Assembly (NCBI GenBank): GCA_000091205.1
Contig: AP006486.2
DNA: 64,000 bases
Strand: one strand, 5' to 3'
Source: Cyanidioschyzon merolae
Lineage: Eukaryota
Under the pieces are notes generated by a model. The model had not been told where the DNA came from. It ran no database searches and saw nothing but the letters and a program-made list of their open reading frames with translations. Numbering within the stretch: position 1 is the first letter of the stretch; every line of letters starts with the position of its first letter. Position numbers and translations under genes: made by a program. This document shows, piece by piece, positions 54,951 to 64,000 of this stretch.

Positions 54951-55527
54951 AGAGCACCGTAGGAAATTTCCTTATGCCTCCTCTACGGTATTCGTCGGAG
55001 AGCTGTGGTGAAGTCCATTTACGATCGTTGTGATTTCTGAGCGCAGCACTGCGGAACCCTTGGCACTACGTACTGGTGAAGTTGTTGTTCGAAATGGTCT
55101 GAGTTCTGCCTAGTTTCTGAAAAGGCATTGAGCGCTTGTGCTAGTTGCGCTGAACGCTAGACAATCTACGGGAGATTTAGCTCGGACTCTGGACAATTGA
55201 CGGGCGATCACTCGTGCCGCTACGCAAAAGAGGTTTTTGACTGGATACGCACACTTACGCGATCGATTCTAGCCGATGACGTGATCGGCAGCTTTCGCAC
55301 CGGAGACGACCTAACCCGAGAAAGTACAAGGCATGTTTGTCTCTGATCCGCTGTACCGGGGCTAAAGAGTAGTTCGCTCACCTGCTGTAAGTAGAGCACC
55401 GTTTCCGCTGGGTACCGAACATGACAGGTGCTTCACAGCTGGACATCGTCACCACTGCCAGCGTCCGCTTCCTTTGGTAATGCAGCGTTCGCCTGTAGCG
55501 CGCCGGCATCGTATGCTGCATCTTCGT

Positions 55528-56535
55528 ATGGGCCCGAAACAGTCGCAGATCGCCGTGGTCACTGGCGCGTCCTCTGGGGTCGGTCTGTATGCAGCTCACG
55601 CTCTGATCAACAAGGGCAACTGGCACATCGTCATGGCATGTCGTGACGTCGACCGGGCGGAGCGCGCAGCAAACAGCGTAAACCTTCCAAAGGACGCCTA
55701 TACAGTGCTGCATTGTGATCTGGCTGATTTCGCCTCTGTACTAAAGTTTGTGAAAGGGCTATCGAGTGTGGCGCGCGTCGATCACCTGGATGCCCTGATC
55801 TGCAATGCCGCAATCTGGCATCCGCGGGTCAAGAAACCGCGTTTCACGGTGGACGGCATCGAGAAAACCATGCAGGTATGCCATCTGAGCCATTTGCTTC
55901 TATGTCGGGAGCTGTTGCCGAAGCTGAAAATATCGCGCGGGCGCATTGTGTTTCTGACGACTCAGACACACTCGCCGGATTCGCTGCCGGGAAAGATCCC
56001 CCCGCAGGCTCGTCTCGGGGATTTATCTGGTCTAGCCGCGGGGCTTGATCCGCAGACGACGGACATGGTAGAAAGTGGCCCGTTTCAGCCCACAAAAGCT
56101 TTCAAAGACGCCAAAGCCGAGAACGTGTTGACAATGAAGGCGCTCAGTGATCGATACGGCCGCGACGGGGTGACCTCTGTGGCGATTTTCCCGGGATGTG
56201 TCGCCGAAAGCAACCTCTTCCGCGAAAAGCGTGGCTGGTTCCGGTACGTATTCTTCCCGATTCTTCAGAAGTATATCACTCGGCAATACGTTCCGAATGA
56301 TGAGGCCGGCCGCCGTGTAGCCGAAGTGGCGACCCAGGGACAGTTCTCGGACGCGGGCTCGTATTGTCAGTGGCGTGGCAAATATACGGAAGGTCGAGAG
56401 AAGACGAAATCGCAGGTTATTGAACCAACGTACGAAATCGACAAGGCAGATCAGCTATACGAACTGAGTCTTGATCTGATCGACCAGGCGTTACGGAGGC
56501 GAGGCCTCAAGTCGACTATCTTGGCCCCTGTCTAA
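55528..56535 (+). CDS. Short-chain dehydrogenase strongly resembling light-dependent protochlorophyllide oxidoreductase (LPOR-like), catalytic Tyr replaced by Phe
   Basis: The ORF spans 55474..56535; the likely start is 55528 ('MGPKQSQIAVVTGASSGVGLYAAHALINKGNWHIVMACRDVDRAERAA'). It is collinear with LPOR: 'ITGASSGLGLATAKAL..G.WHVIMACRD..KAERAA', 'LD.L.CNAA.Y.PTAKEP.FT..G.E..VG.NHLGHFLL', 'GDLRGLAGGL', 'YPGCIA.T.LFREH...F...FP.FQKYIT.GYVSE.EAG.R.A.VV'. The YKDSK catalytic motif reads 'AFKDAK' here (ttc at about 56113). Confidence 0.75.
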   Translation: MGPKQSQIAVVTGASSGVGLYAAHALINKGNWHIVMACRDVDRAERAANSVNLPKDAYTVLHCDLADFASVLKFVKGLSSVARVDHLDALICNAAIWHPRVKKPRFTVDGIEKTMQVCHLSHLLLCRELLPKLKISRGRIVFLTTQTHSPDSLPGKIPPQARLGDLSGLAAGLDPQTTDMVESGPFQPTKAFKDAKAENVLTMKALSDRYGRDGVTSVAIFPGCVAESNLFREKRGWFRYVFFPILQKYITRQYVPNDEAGRRVAEVATQGQFSDAGSYCQWRGKYTEGREKTKSQVIEPTYEIDKADQLYELSLDLIDQALRRRGLKSTILAPV

Positions 56536-59323
56536 GGTTTGTTAGTGATGAAAATGAGATGCGGCTTCGGAGCACAGACCGCTGCTTCTAGAACAGATGT
56601 AAGAGCAACAGCGTAACGATGAGACGACACCCCACTGTCACAATCGGATATTGAACGGATGGGTGGGCACTCCTCCTGATGTAGAGAACCAAAATTGCTT
56701 CGCGAGTCATGAAGCGTACTGCAATAGTGATTAATATAGCTATAGCTATGACCTACTTCGCATCGAATGCGCCAGAGTATGCTAAAATCGGTCGTCCGTG
56801 AGTGTAGAGCATATGTGCGGCCACTGCAGATAGCGTATCCGCTATGGAGTGTACGCGAAAGCGTTCAGAATTAGGGACATTTATTGTTGAATCTCATCGT
56901 GTGACCTGGTACTGAATATGAAATGCATCCGATTCTTTTTCTCCGGCCGTGAGACAGATGCATGGAATCAGGATTTTCCTGGTCCCTAGGAGCTGCCTGG
57001 GGACAGGGGATGCTATGAGTGCCCTCTTCCGAATTTGAATGGATTCTACGAGTTTCAGAGCGGTCTCTCATGTTATATTAGTGGGTCGTACCTTCCGGGC
57101 AGTGCGCTAGGACATGTCATTAGTCTGCGACAGCCGAGCGACAGCCATCGAGTGGCGGGCTAGAAGAAGCTAGATTACTACGGCACGGTGCTGACCAACA
57201 CAGCCTTCCCCGTGTGTACTGGGAAAGCGGTGCCGAAGAGGAGCAACGTAGGTCGTGTTTGAACACCGCCACTACGGGGAGGAAACGGGATGTACGATCT
57301 CCACAGATTTTACCCTTTCGAGGCAGATTCTGCCAAGAAGGCGAATCGTCAAATTGAAGGATGATTTCGGCTTTCAACTTCTACTCTGGGGGATTAATTG
57401 CGAATATCTAGTTGCGAGCATGTATTTAGCTTCTGTTTTCTTTTTTCTTTGGATACAGTAGGGCAAGCAGGTGAACCACGCAAGCAGCCCGCATGTTAGA
57501 TTGCGAAAAATATTGCAGAAGCGGGATCGTAGCATGAAGAAGCTCTAAACTCCAGATTGCGCCTTCGCATGCGAGAACATCCAAATAAACTCCGATGAAG
57601 CCGTAGCAGCGAGCCATCGAACACAGAACAATGCGAGAGGCCCAAGGAATGGATCATGGCTCCGCTCACTGACAGAGCCGGTGATCGTGCCTCCCGCGAA
57701 TCATTGGACAAAAGAGAACAAGGAATCCAGGGCAATATGTCTGGGGAGAGCGTTCAAGAAAAAAGGATATGTACTGGGCAATGTGCTGTATGAAAAGCAC
57801 ATTGCGAGACAGGTGCTGGCATCATTGCCTGAGCACGGTTGAAGTTCGACATAGAATTTGTCCGTAGACTTGGTCGCCAAGTCTCGCTGTTTGCTCGATA
57901 ACTATGCGGAGATTTTCGTGGATCCTGCTGGGAAGACTGTCGGATCGCCAAAGGTGTATATGGTACTTATAAATTGCCCGCTACTCAACTAAACAGTTAC
58001 GGAACGACGCCTCTGGGAATACAATTGTTCATGATGCTAGGCACCGTCTTGAAAAAGCAGCTACACATTCAGCGACTCTGATCAAGCAGGCAAACATGAT
58101 CTGATTTCAGTTCTCGAGCCCCCAGACGTTGGACCATTGTCTTGGCTGCTGCCAAAAGACCAATTCAGACTAGAGCATTTTCAAAGTTCAACAAGTTCCC
58201 ACTCCGAAATGCGAGCATGGATATTCATTGGTGTCATGACGCCCTTGGCGGGTTACGGATCGAGGCCGACATTCATGTAGACAGTGTCATCTGAAGCAAC
58301 AGAGCTCTCTTTCCGGGGCGGGGATGTAAACATACACTCCACGGAGGATTTTTCGGTATATTGGATGAAACGTGAGGAAGTCTCCGATTGTGAAAGTATT
58401 CTACGCGGATCATTGGTCTGCGCCAGCCCTGCAAATGCATGGTGATGCAAGGCTTGCCAGCGGCAGTTGAAATACATGCTCAAAGCTTACGCCGAATACG
58501 GTTAGATGAAGAAGTGACTTACGAGTTCCCACTTCGTGGGTTGATAGCTGAAGCATGGGTACGGACATGTGCGGGTGTTTTCGAGCAACGAGGCAGGGTC
58601 CCGAATCAGAGACCACATTCCTCGCGAGCAATATTGTTTAGTTTTCCTCGCAATAGAAATATTGGAGCTCACTAGTTAATGTTTCTTATCTAAGACAAAT
58701 ACCAATGGTACAGACCTACATAAACCTCCCAACTACTCAGCTTGGCTATCACCACGAGAACAGGACTGCAACACAATAAGTCTAACACGGAATATTTCCA
58801 CTACAATCGTCTTCCTAAAATATAAAATAGAAAATACGCCTTAGAGATTCATCTGCCTTTCAGGTGGAAGACGAACCTCAGCAACCGATAGTTCGTTATT
58901 CGCTATCCTTCTTACCCCAAGCCATAGTCTGTTGAGCCCTGCTGACTCGCACCTGGAAGGAGCAGTACTCGGGAGTTACTCATTCCAATGAAATCCCACT
59001 AGCCTATATATAGCTTTCAGTACCTCTCTCAACTTGGATATTTCGGACTATGAACCCCGAAATCCCTACGTCCGTTACGCTCCAGTCTCGACATCAACGT
59101 GAATTCTTCATCGCATCATGATGACTCCAATTCAAATTCCTCTGCAGTGCGCGCGCGCGTTTCGCGTTTTTGGCGCTATCACGTTGTGCGTTGTTGTATT
59201 GGCTTTCACAACACACGGCGGTTACGTTCGTGTTGACCATATCGAAAAAACAATAGTGAAGATATATTCACGCAAGAAAGAACAAATATCCGTATTTATT
59301 GGACTGAGAGAGCGTCGAACGAG

Positions 59324-62080
59324 ATGTTTCGAGCTCGCTCTCTGGCGCGTGGCCTGGGAGTTGCTGGTTGTCTATTGTTGGCGGCGACGTTTTCCGTGTC
59401 GGTTGTAGCTGCGTTGTCGCCTGTGAGTACGGTTAGCTGGACCTGGATAGGTGGAGAGACGGGCACAGGTAAGTATGGAAAGTATGGAACGTTGAACGAG
59501 ACGTCTCCAGAGAGTGTCCCTGGTGGACGTCAAAATCCAGCAGCCTGGGTCGGAAGTTCGAGCTTGGTATACTTGTTTGGCGGGTTTGGGAATGGAAACA
59601 CAACAGGGGGCTACCTCAACGATTTTTGGAGCTTCAACCTCACATCACTCGAGTGGATGTGGATAGGCGGCTCTTCAGACGTCAACAAACAAGGAGTATA
59701 TGGCACACTCGGCATAAGCAGCCCAGCCAATATACCTGGCAGTCGTTATGCAAGCGCATATTGGCAGGCGGACGAGCAGCACTTCTGGTTGTTTGGTGGT
59801 TTCGGCTCTGATGTGAACGGTAATGAGGGCGAACTGAACGATATGTGGCGGTACGATACTGAAACGGGAATCTGGACGTGGTTCAGTGGGAATGATACTA
59901 TTAACGCCAATCCAGTCTATGGACCGAAGGATATCTACAGTCAAATTTACAACCCCGGAGGCCGATATAGCGCGGCATTCTGGCTAGGCACGGACGGTCT
60001 GTTTTGGATTTTTGGTGGTGTGGGTATTGCGGGGGATTTTCTGTCAGATCTTTGGTCATTCAACCCTGTGACATTCGTATGGGCATACAGAGGCGGATCA
60101 CAACTTGTTAACCAGCCCGGTAACTATAGCGCACCTGGCGTGGCGAGCAACTCAAATGCCCCAGGTGCGCGCGGCGCCTCGTATACATGGACAGATTTTG
60201 AAGGAAATCTCTGGTTGTTCGGTGGCGCTGGCTACGGAAACAGCACAGCACGAGGACCAGGGGACTTGAATGATCTCTGGGTCTACAACATAAGCCAATC
60301 CGTATGGATTTTTATCACAGGGAATACCACTATTAGTAATCCAGGATCGTATGGAACTCTCGGTGCTTTCTCCCCAACCAGTTACCCAGGTGCAAGAGAC
60401 TCAGGCGTGAGTTTTGTGGATTCTTTTGGTAATCTACAGCTGTTTGGCGGTGAGGGATTCGCTAATACAAGCGAATCCTTTGGCAATTTGAACGATCTTT
60501 GGGTATTTGATATCACGCTTGGTCAGTGGGCGTGGATCAATGGCAGCCAAAGTGCGGATGCTCTTTCAGTATATGGAGTTTTGAACGAGTCCAGCTCGAG
60601 TGTTGTACCTGGCGGTCGCTATGGACCAGCTTTCTGGAATACAAGTGGGACCGATCCGATCCTATTTGGCGGATTTGGATACTCAAACACTAGCAGACCT
60701 GGCTATCTCAATGATGTTTTCGCACTGCGTGAAACGTTCTTTACGCCTACCTCTACGCCTACGCCAACATCAACGCCAACTGCTACATCGACCCCAACAT
60801 TCTCGGCAACCGCTTCATCTACGGCTACATCTACGATAACAGCAACCGTAACCTCGACGTTCACACTGACGCCAACGCCTACATCTACTCCGGTGTGCAC
60901 CAATGAGATCTGCGGTTCCCCGGGACAGTACACGAACCAGGACGCTTGCGAGCAAGTCGGATGCTGCTTCAACGCCCAGACGAACGCGTGCACCCTGAAG
61001 AGCGTCGCAGCGGCGTGCAGCGCTGTTCCAGTGACACAGCGCGTCCCCTGCGGCTGGAGCTACATCTATCCCGACGAGTGCACTGCGATACCGGGATGCT
61101 GCTGGCAGCCCACAGCGAACGGCATCCTCGCGCCCTGGTGCTACTACGACATCGACCATGCACCCCAGGCTTCTGTAGCGCTACAGGAGGTGCAGGCACC
61201 GGTTCCCGTCTGCCCGTCACCGGGAGCGCAGCGGCAGCCGTGCGGCAACGCGGGTATCAACCAGTTTACCTGCTATGAACAGGGCTGCTGCTACGACTCG
61301 CAGGCGCAGAACCAGTGGGTGCAGAACGGCAAGCAGCAGAGTGACTTTACGTCGAACCCGTACTGCTTCCAGCCCGAGAAGACGTGCGCGGTGGGTGAGT
61401 TTGAGCGCCAGCCGTGCACGAACGCGGTGAATCAGAACCAGCAGCTGACCAACAATAACATCAACAATAACCAGTTTGTGCGTCTGCTGAACACGCTGCT
61501 GTACGGAGAGCAGCACGGGACGCAGCGCACGAGCTACGCGCCGCAGCAGTGTCTGGAGGCTGGTTGCTGCCTGGGGCTCGGCAACGAGTGCTTCCAGCCG
61601 GTAACCGAGTACGTGTGCCAGACCTACGGGTATGTGTCGAACTCGCTGAGCGGCACGACCGGCAACGTATCGAACTCGAGCTATATTCCGTGTGGCCCGG
61701 AGTGCTGCAACGCCGAGACGCAGAACTGCACGTACATCCCGTTCAGCAACAACAATAACCAGCAGCAGCAGCAGCTGCAACTGCAGCAACAGCAGCAGCA
61801 ACAACAGGTGCTGCTGCCGTCGTTCTGTGTGTGCAAGGACCCTACAAAGCAGTGCGGGACGTACCTGATCCCTTCGGATAACCTTGTGAACAAGATGCGT
61901 TGCTGCCGCGCTGACGAGGAGTGCATCAACAACCAGTGTGTCGTGATTAGTTCAACACCGACTCCGAGTCCCGTGGCTGCGACAGCGACACCCTCTGCGA
62001 CGGTGTCTGCGACAGCTTCTGCGGCGGTGTCTGCGAGTGCGTCAACATCGGTTTCGGGTTCAGCTTCAGTTTCTGCTTGA
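59324..62080 (+). CDS. Secreted mucin-like protein: signal peptide + Kelch-type beta-propeller + Thr/Pro linker + multiple trefoil(P-type)-like Cys modules + Ser/Thr/Ala-rich C-terminus
   Basis: N-terminal 'MFRARSLARGLGVAGCLLLAATFSVSVVA' (signal-peptide-like). Six to seven repeats of 'W.W[IF].G....N..YG' and 'GGR...A.W......[LW][LI]FGG' (Kelch/galactose-oxidase-type blades). 'TPTSTPTPTSTPTATSTPT...' linker at about 60740-60900. Modules such as 'CSAVPVTQRVPCGWSYIYPDECTAIPGCCWQP' and 'CPSPGAQRQPCGNAGINQFTCYEQGCCYD' follow the trefoil pattern C-x-R-x-C-G...C...GCC[WFY]. A poly-Q/N tract and a C-terminal 'SATVSATASAAVSASASTSVSGSASVSA' tract are also present. Confidence 0.8.
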   Translation: MFRARSLARGLGVAGCLLLAATFSVSVVAALSPVSTVSWTWIGGETGTGKYGKYGTLNETSPESVPGGRQNPAAWVGSSSLVYLFGGFGNGNTTGGYLNDFWSFNLTSLEWMWIGGSSDVNKQGVYGTLGISSPANIPGSRYASAYWQADEQHFWLFGGFGSDVNGNEGELNDMWRYDTETGIWTWFSGNDTINANPVYGPKDIYSQIYNPGGRYSAAFWLGTDGLFWIFGGVGIAGDFLSDLWSFNPVTFVWAYRGGSQLVNQPGNYSAPGVASNSNAPGARGASYTWTDFEGNLWLFGGAGYGNSTARGPGDLNDLWVYNISQSVWIFITGNTTISNPGSYGTLGAFSPTSYPGARDSGVSFVDSFGNLQLFGGEGFANTSESFGNLNDLWVFDITLGQWAWINGSQSADALSVYGVLNESSSSVVPGGRYGPAFWNTSGTDPILFGGFGYSNTSRPGYLNDVFALRETFFTPTSTPTPTSTPTATSTPTFSATASSTATSTITATVTSTFTLTPTPTSTPVCTNEICGSPGQYTNQDACEQVGCCFNAQTNACTLKSVAAACSAVPVTQRVPCGWSYIYPDECTAIPGCCWQPTANGILAPWCYYDIDHAPQASVALQEVQAPVPVCPSPGAQRQPCGNAGINQFTCYEQGCCYDSQAQNQWVQNGKQQSDFTSNPYCFQPEKTCAVGEFERQPCTNAVNQNQQLTNNNINNNQFVRLLNTLLYGEQHGTQRTSYAPQQCLEAGCCLGLGNECFQPVTEYVCQTYGYVSNSLSGTTGNVSNSSYIPCGPECCNAETQNCTYIPFSNNNNQQQQQLQLQQQQQQQQVLLPSFCVCKDPTKQCGTYLIPSDNLVNKMRCCRADEECINNQCVVISSTPTPSPVAATATPSATVSATASAAVSASASTSVSGSASVSA

Positions 62081-63579
62081 GTATGCGCGTTGACGTTTAC
62101 GTCGTTTAAGGTCTATATCATGTCTATGCTGATCCTCTGTTATGACAATGTTGCAGACATGTACACAAGATCGGTGAATACGAATGAATGAACGAACGAA
62201 CGAACGAATGAATGCGGCTACAGATGTGCGCGGAGAGCACTCTGAAATCCTGCCGAGGGGGCGTGATTCAGAGGCGATACACATGGAACGACGGGGCAGG
62301 AATTCTCTCTCGGAACCTAAAGGAATGATTACCTATGAGCACGAGCGCGCCTATGACTATCGCTTTTTCGGCCACGTCGCTGAGTTGCAAAACTTTGCCT
62401 TCGTTGCCCCGGAAACCCGGTGCACAGGTTGCGACTAGCGAGTTTTGTGCGACGACGCAAACGGATGTAAGCATTGTAGGATTGATGTACTAGCTCGCAT
62501 TCTGTCCACGACTAGTAGTTCCAGAGCAAGTGCGGTTCGATCCGTGCAACTGAACATTTCACCAGAATACGGTATCCCTAGGGTAAGCGTACATATCAAT
62601 GAATCCATTTCATCTGCAGCAGCGTCGCTGAGTAAGCAAGTCGCAGAGTTACCAGCATCAGAGCGCATGTACAGCTCTAGCATCGAAAGCGCATATTGCC
62701 TGCTCCAAATGCGGAAGGGTCGTCTCAGAAGTTCTCAGACTCTTGCCTGCTGTCTGTTGGACAAAACGTGTACAAAAACGACTGTAGCGCACTGTTGGGA
62801 TCCAGTCCCCGATTTGGGCTTGTTGTCGAGAAAATGACTCCAAGCAGAGGGCGCAAGTAAGCTATAAGACCATGGACATGTCGCAAGCGTGCTAAATCGT
62901 AGAGGCAAGATAGAGCGCACAGCGAGATCCAGAGGGCGAATCTAGCCAAAGTGAGAGTTACCGCAGCACGGCGAGCAGAGTTGAAGGCAACCTGAGCGCT
63001 TTCTTTCTGTAACCGTACCTATCGATTATGTGCAAGGTGGTTGCGAGATGCCCTATGATTGAATCTACTGCTGATGAATGGAGGCTTGTCCTCCGGCCAA
63101 GGGAGCAACCGAGATGCAGAATATGATGTATCGACTAAAGAAGGTCTCAAGCTTCACGATTGACACAGTCGCGGATTCTTTTATCATATGGACGCCATCG
63201 CAGCAATATCTGAACGGGGCGGCCACCGACTAATAGTGTAAAGGATTGAGGTGCTTTTCGCAGACATGATCTTAATAAGCGACGGCAACCTGGATGCTGA
63301 CCTGAACTAGCGAGACCCTGCAGTGCCGACCAGGATCGCTTTGAGTGTAGACGGAAGGCAACAATAGCCGGCGCGATCGGGGCTCTTGGTTGTTGACGGT
63401 GTTTTCGTTGGTTGACCCGGGTCGCATGTGTCTCAAGAGACGGCGTGCGTTGTGCTCTGGCACGCTTGCGAGCACCGGTGCGACGGATCTAAGATGCAAC
63501 CCTAGGCAGAAAGGGTACCAGAGGTGTCATGATGATAGCCGAATGATAGTACCAGCAGTGGACGGGCGGAACAGCAAAT

Positions 63580-63996
63580 TTACGCTTCATTCGTTGCGGC
63601 CATGAAGTAGGTGCTTGCTGATGTGGCGAATGGATCGCTAATGCAGTAGTTTGTCATAGTCAATAGACTTGGCATATTGAAAGTGGTCAAAAGAGCTTGT
63701 CTGTCTGCTTCATGATAGTTGGAATGGTGATGTTGGATCGATAGCGGTAGCCACTTGAAAAATGCATGATCAGGCATCTTGTGCAGCGATAGCAGCCTGG
63801 CATCGAGCATAAACGCAAGACCTTGGATAGCAGCTTGCAGTCTGGCGATGTAAAGGAGGTTCTGGTGATGATCCAGTTCGACAGCAGAGATGGAGATATC
63901 TCTGGAAGAGGATACCGGAATCAGAGCAAAGATTCCGGATTCTCGAGAAACGGCGGCCAGGGAGGCAGACCCATCGATGAAGATGAAGGCTTTCAT
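63580..63996 (-). other. Possible RNase H-like fragment of a retroelement at the window edge
   Basis: ORF 'MKAFIFIDGSAS...GIFALIP...ISISAVELDHHQNLLYIARLQAAIQGLAF' loosely resembles an RNase H core ('f.DGS...G.g.......s..aEl.A...aL'). It is truncated by the window end, so the assignment is weak. Confidence 0.25.
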
Positions 63997-64000
63997 GACA

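Noticed and set aside
62175-62220. 'MNERTNERMN' ORF start
   Set aside because: Produced by a short (GAAT/GAAC)n microsatellite; 'gaatgaatgaacgaacgaacgaacgaatgaatg'.

Overview
This window is GC-rich eukaryotic nuclear DNA with compact genes that appear intron-poor; long single-exon ORFs give clean whole-protein matches. The gene set and architecture are reminiscent of an oomycete/stramenopile-like protist or a similar GC-rich microbial eukaryote, but this is inference only. TAG is an ordinary stop here (the Rab7 gene, for example, ends in TAG). Confident housekeeping genes: Elongin C-like, MTA phosphorylase, an MtaD-type amidohydrolase (convergent with MTAP), a GATA zinc-finger factor, a Bdp1-like SANT protein, an eIF4B/4H-like RRM protein, a Rab7 GTPase, glycogen phosphorylase, TAF13, an LPOR-like short-chain dehydrogenase, and a secreted Kelch-propeller/trefoil-module mucin-like protein. 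The accessory content is the interesting part. There are three copies plus one solo 3' end of a roughly 2.6-kb element encoding a TnpB/Fanzor-like nuclease (eukaryotic OMEGA RNA-guided nuclease family). RuvC-I (GADPGNTN), a zinc finger and RuvC-III (RDINAAINI) are recognisable. Two near-identical copies form a large inverted pair at 16.8-23.1 kb around a LINE remnant, and both share an in-frame TAG. The third copy (51.4-54.1 kb) is more diverged, carries a RuvC-III D->Y substitution, and has extra internal tandem duplications. Other repeats and RNA genes: a roughly 0.67-kb SINE-like retroposon family (three copies plus a 3' fragment) with A-rich tails; an intron-containing tRNA-Tyr(GUA) with an unusual 23-24-nt insertion in the D-loop and a poly-T terminator; a roughly 10 x 83-bp satellite array; and several small tandem duplications. 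I found no rRNA or CRISPR arrays.
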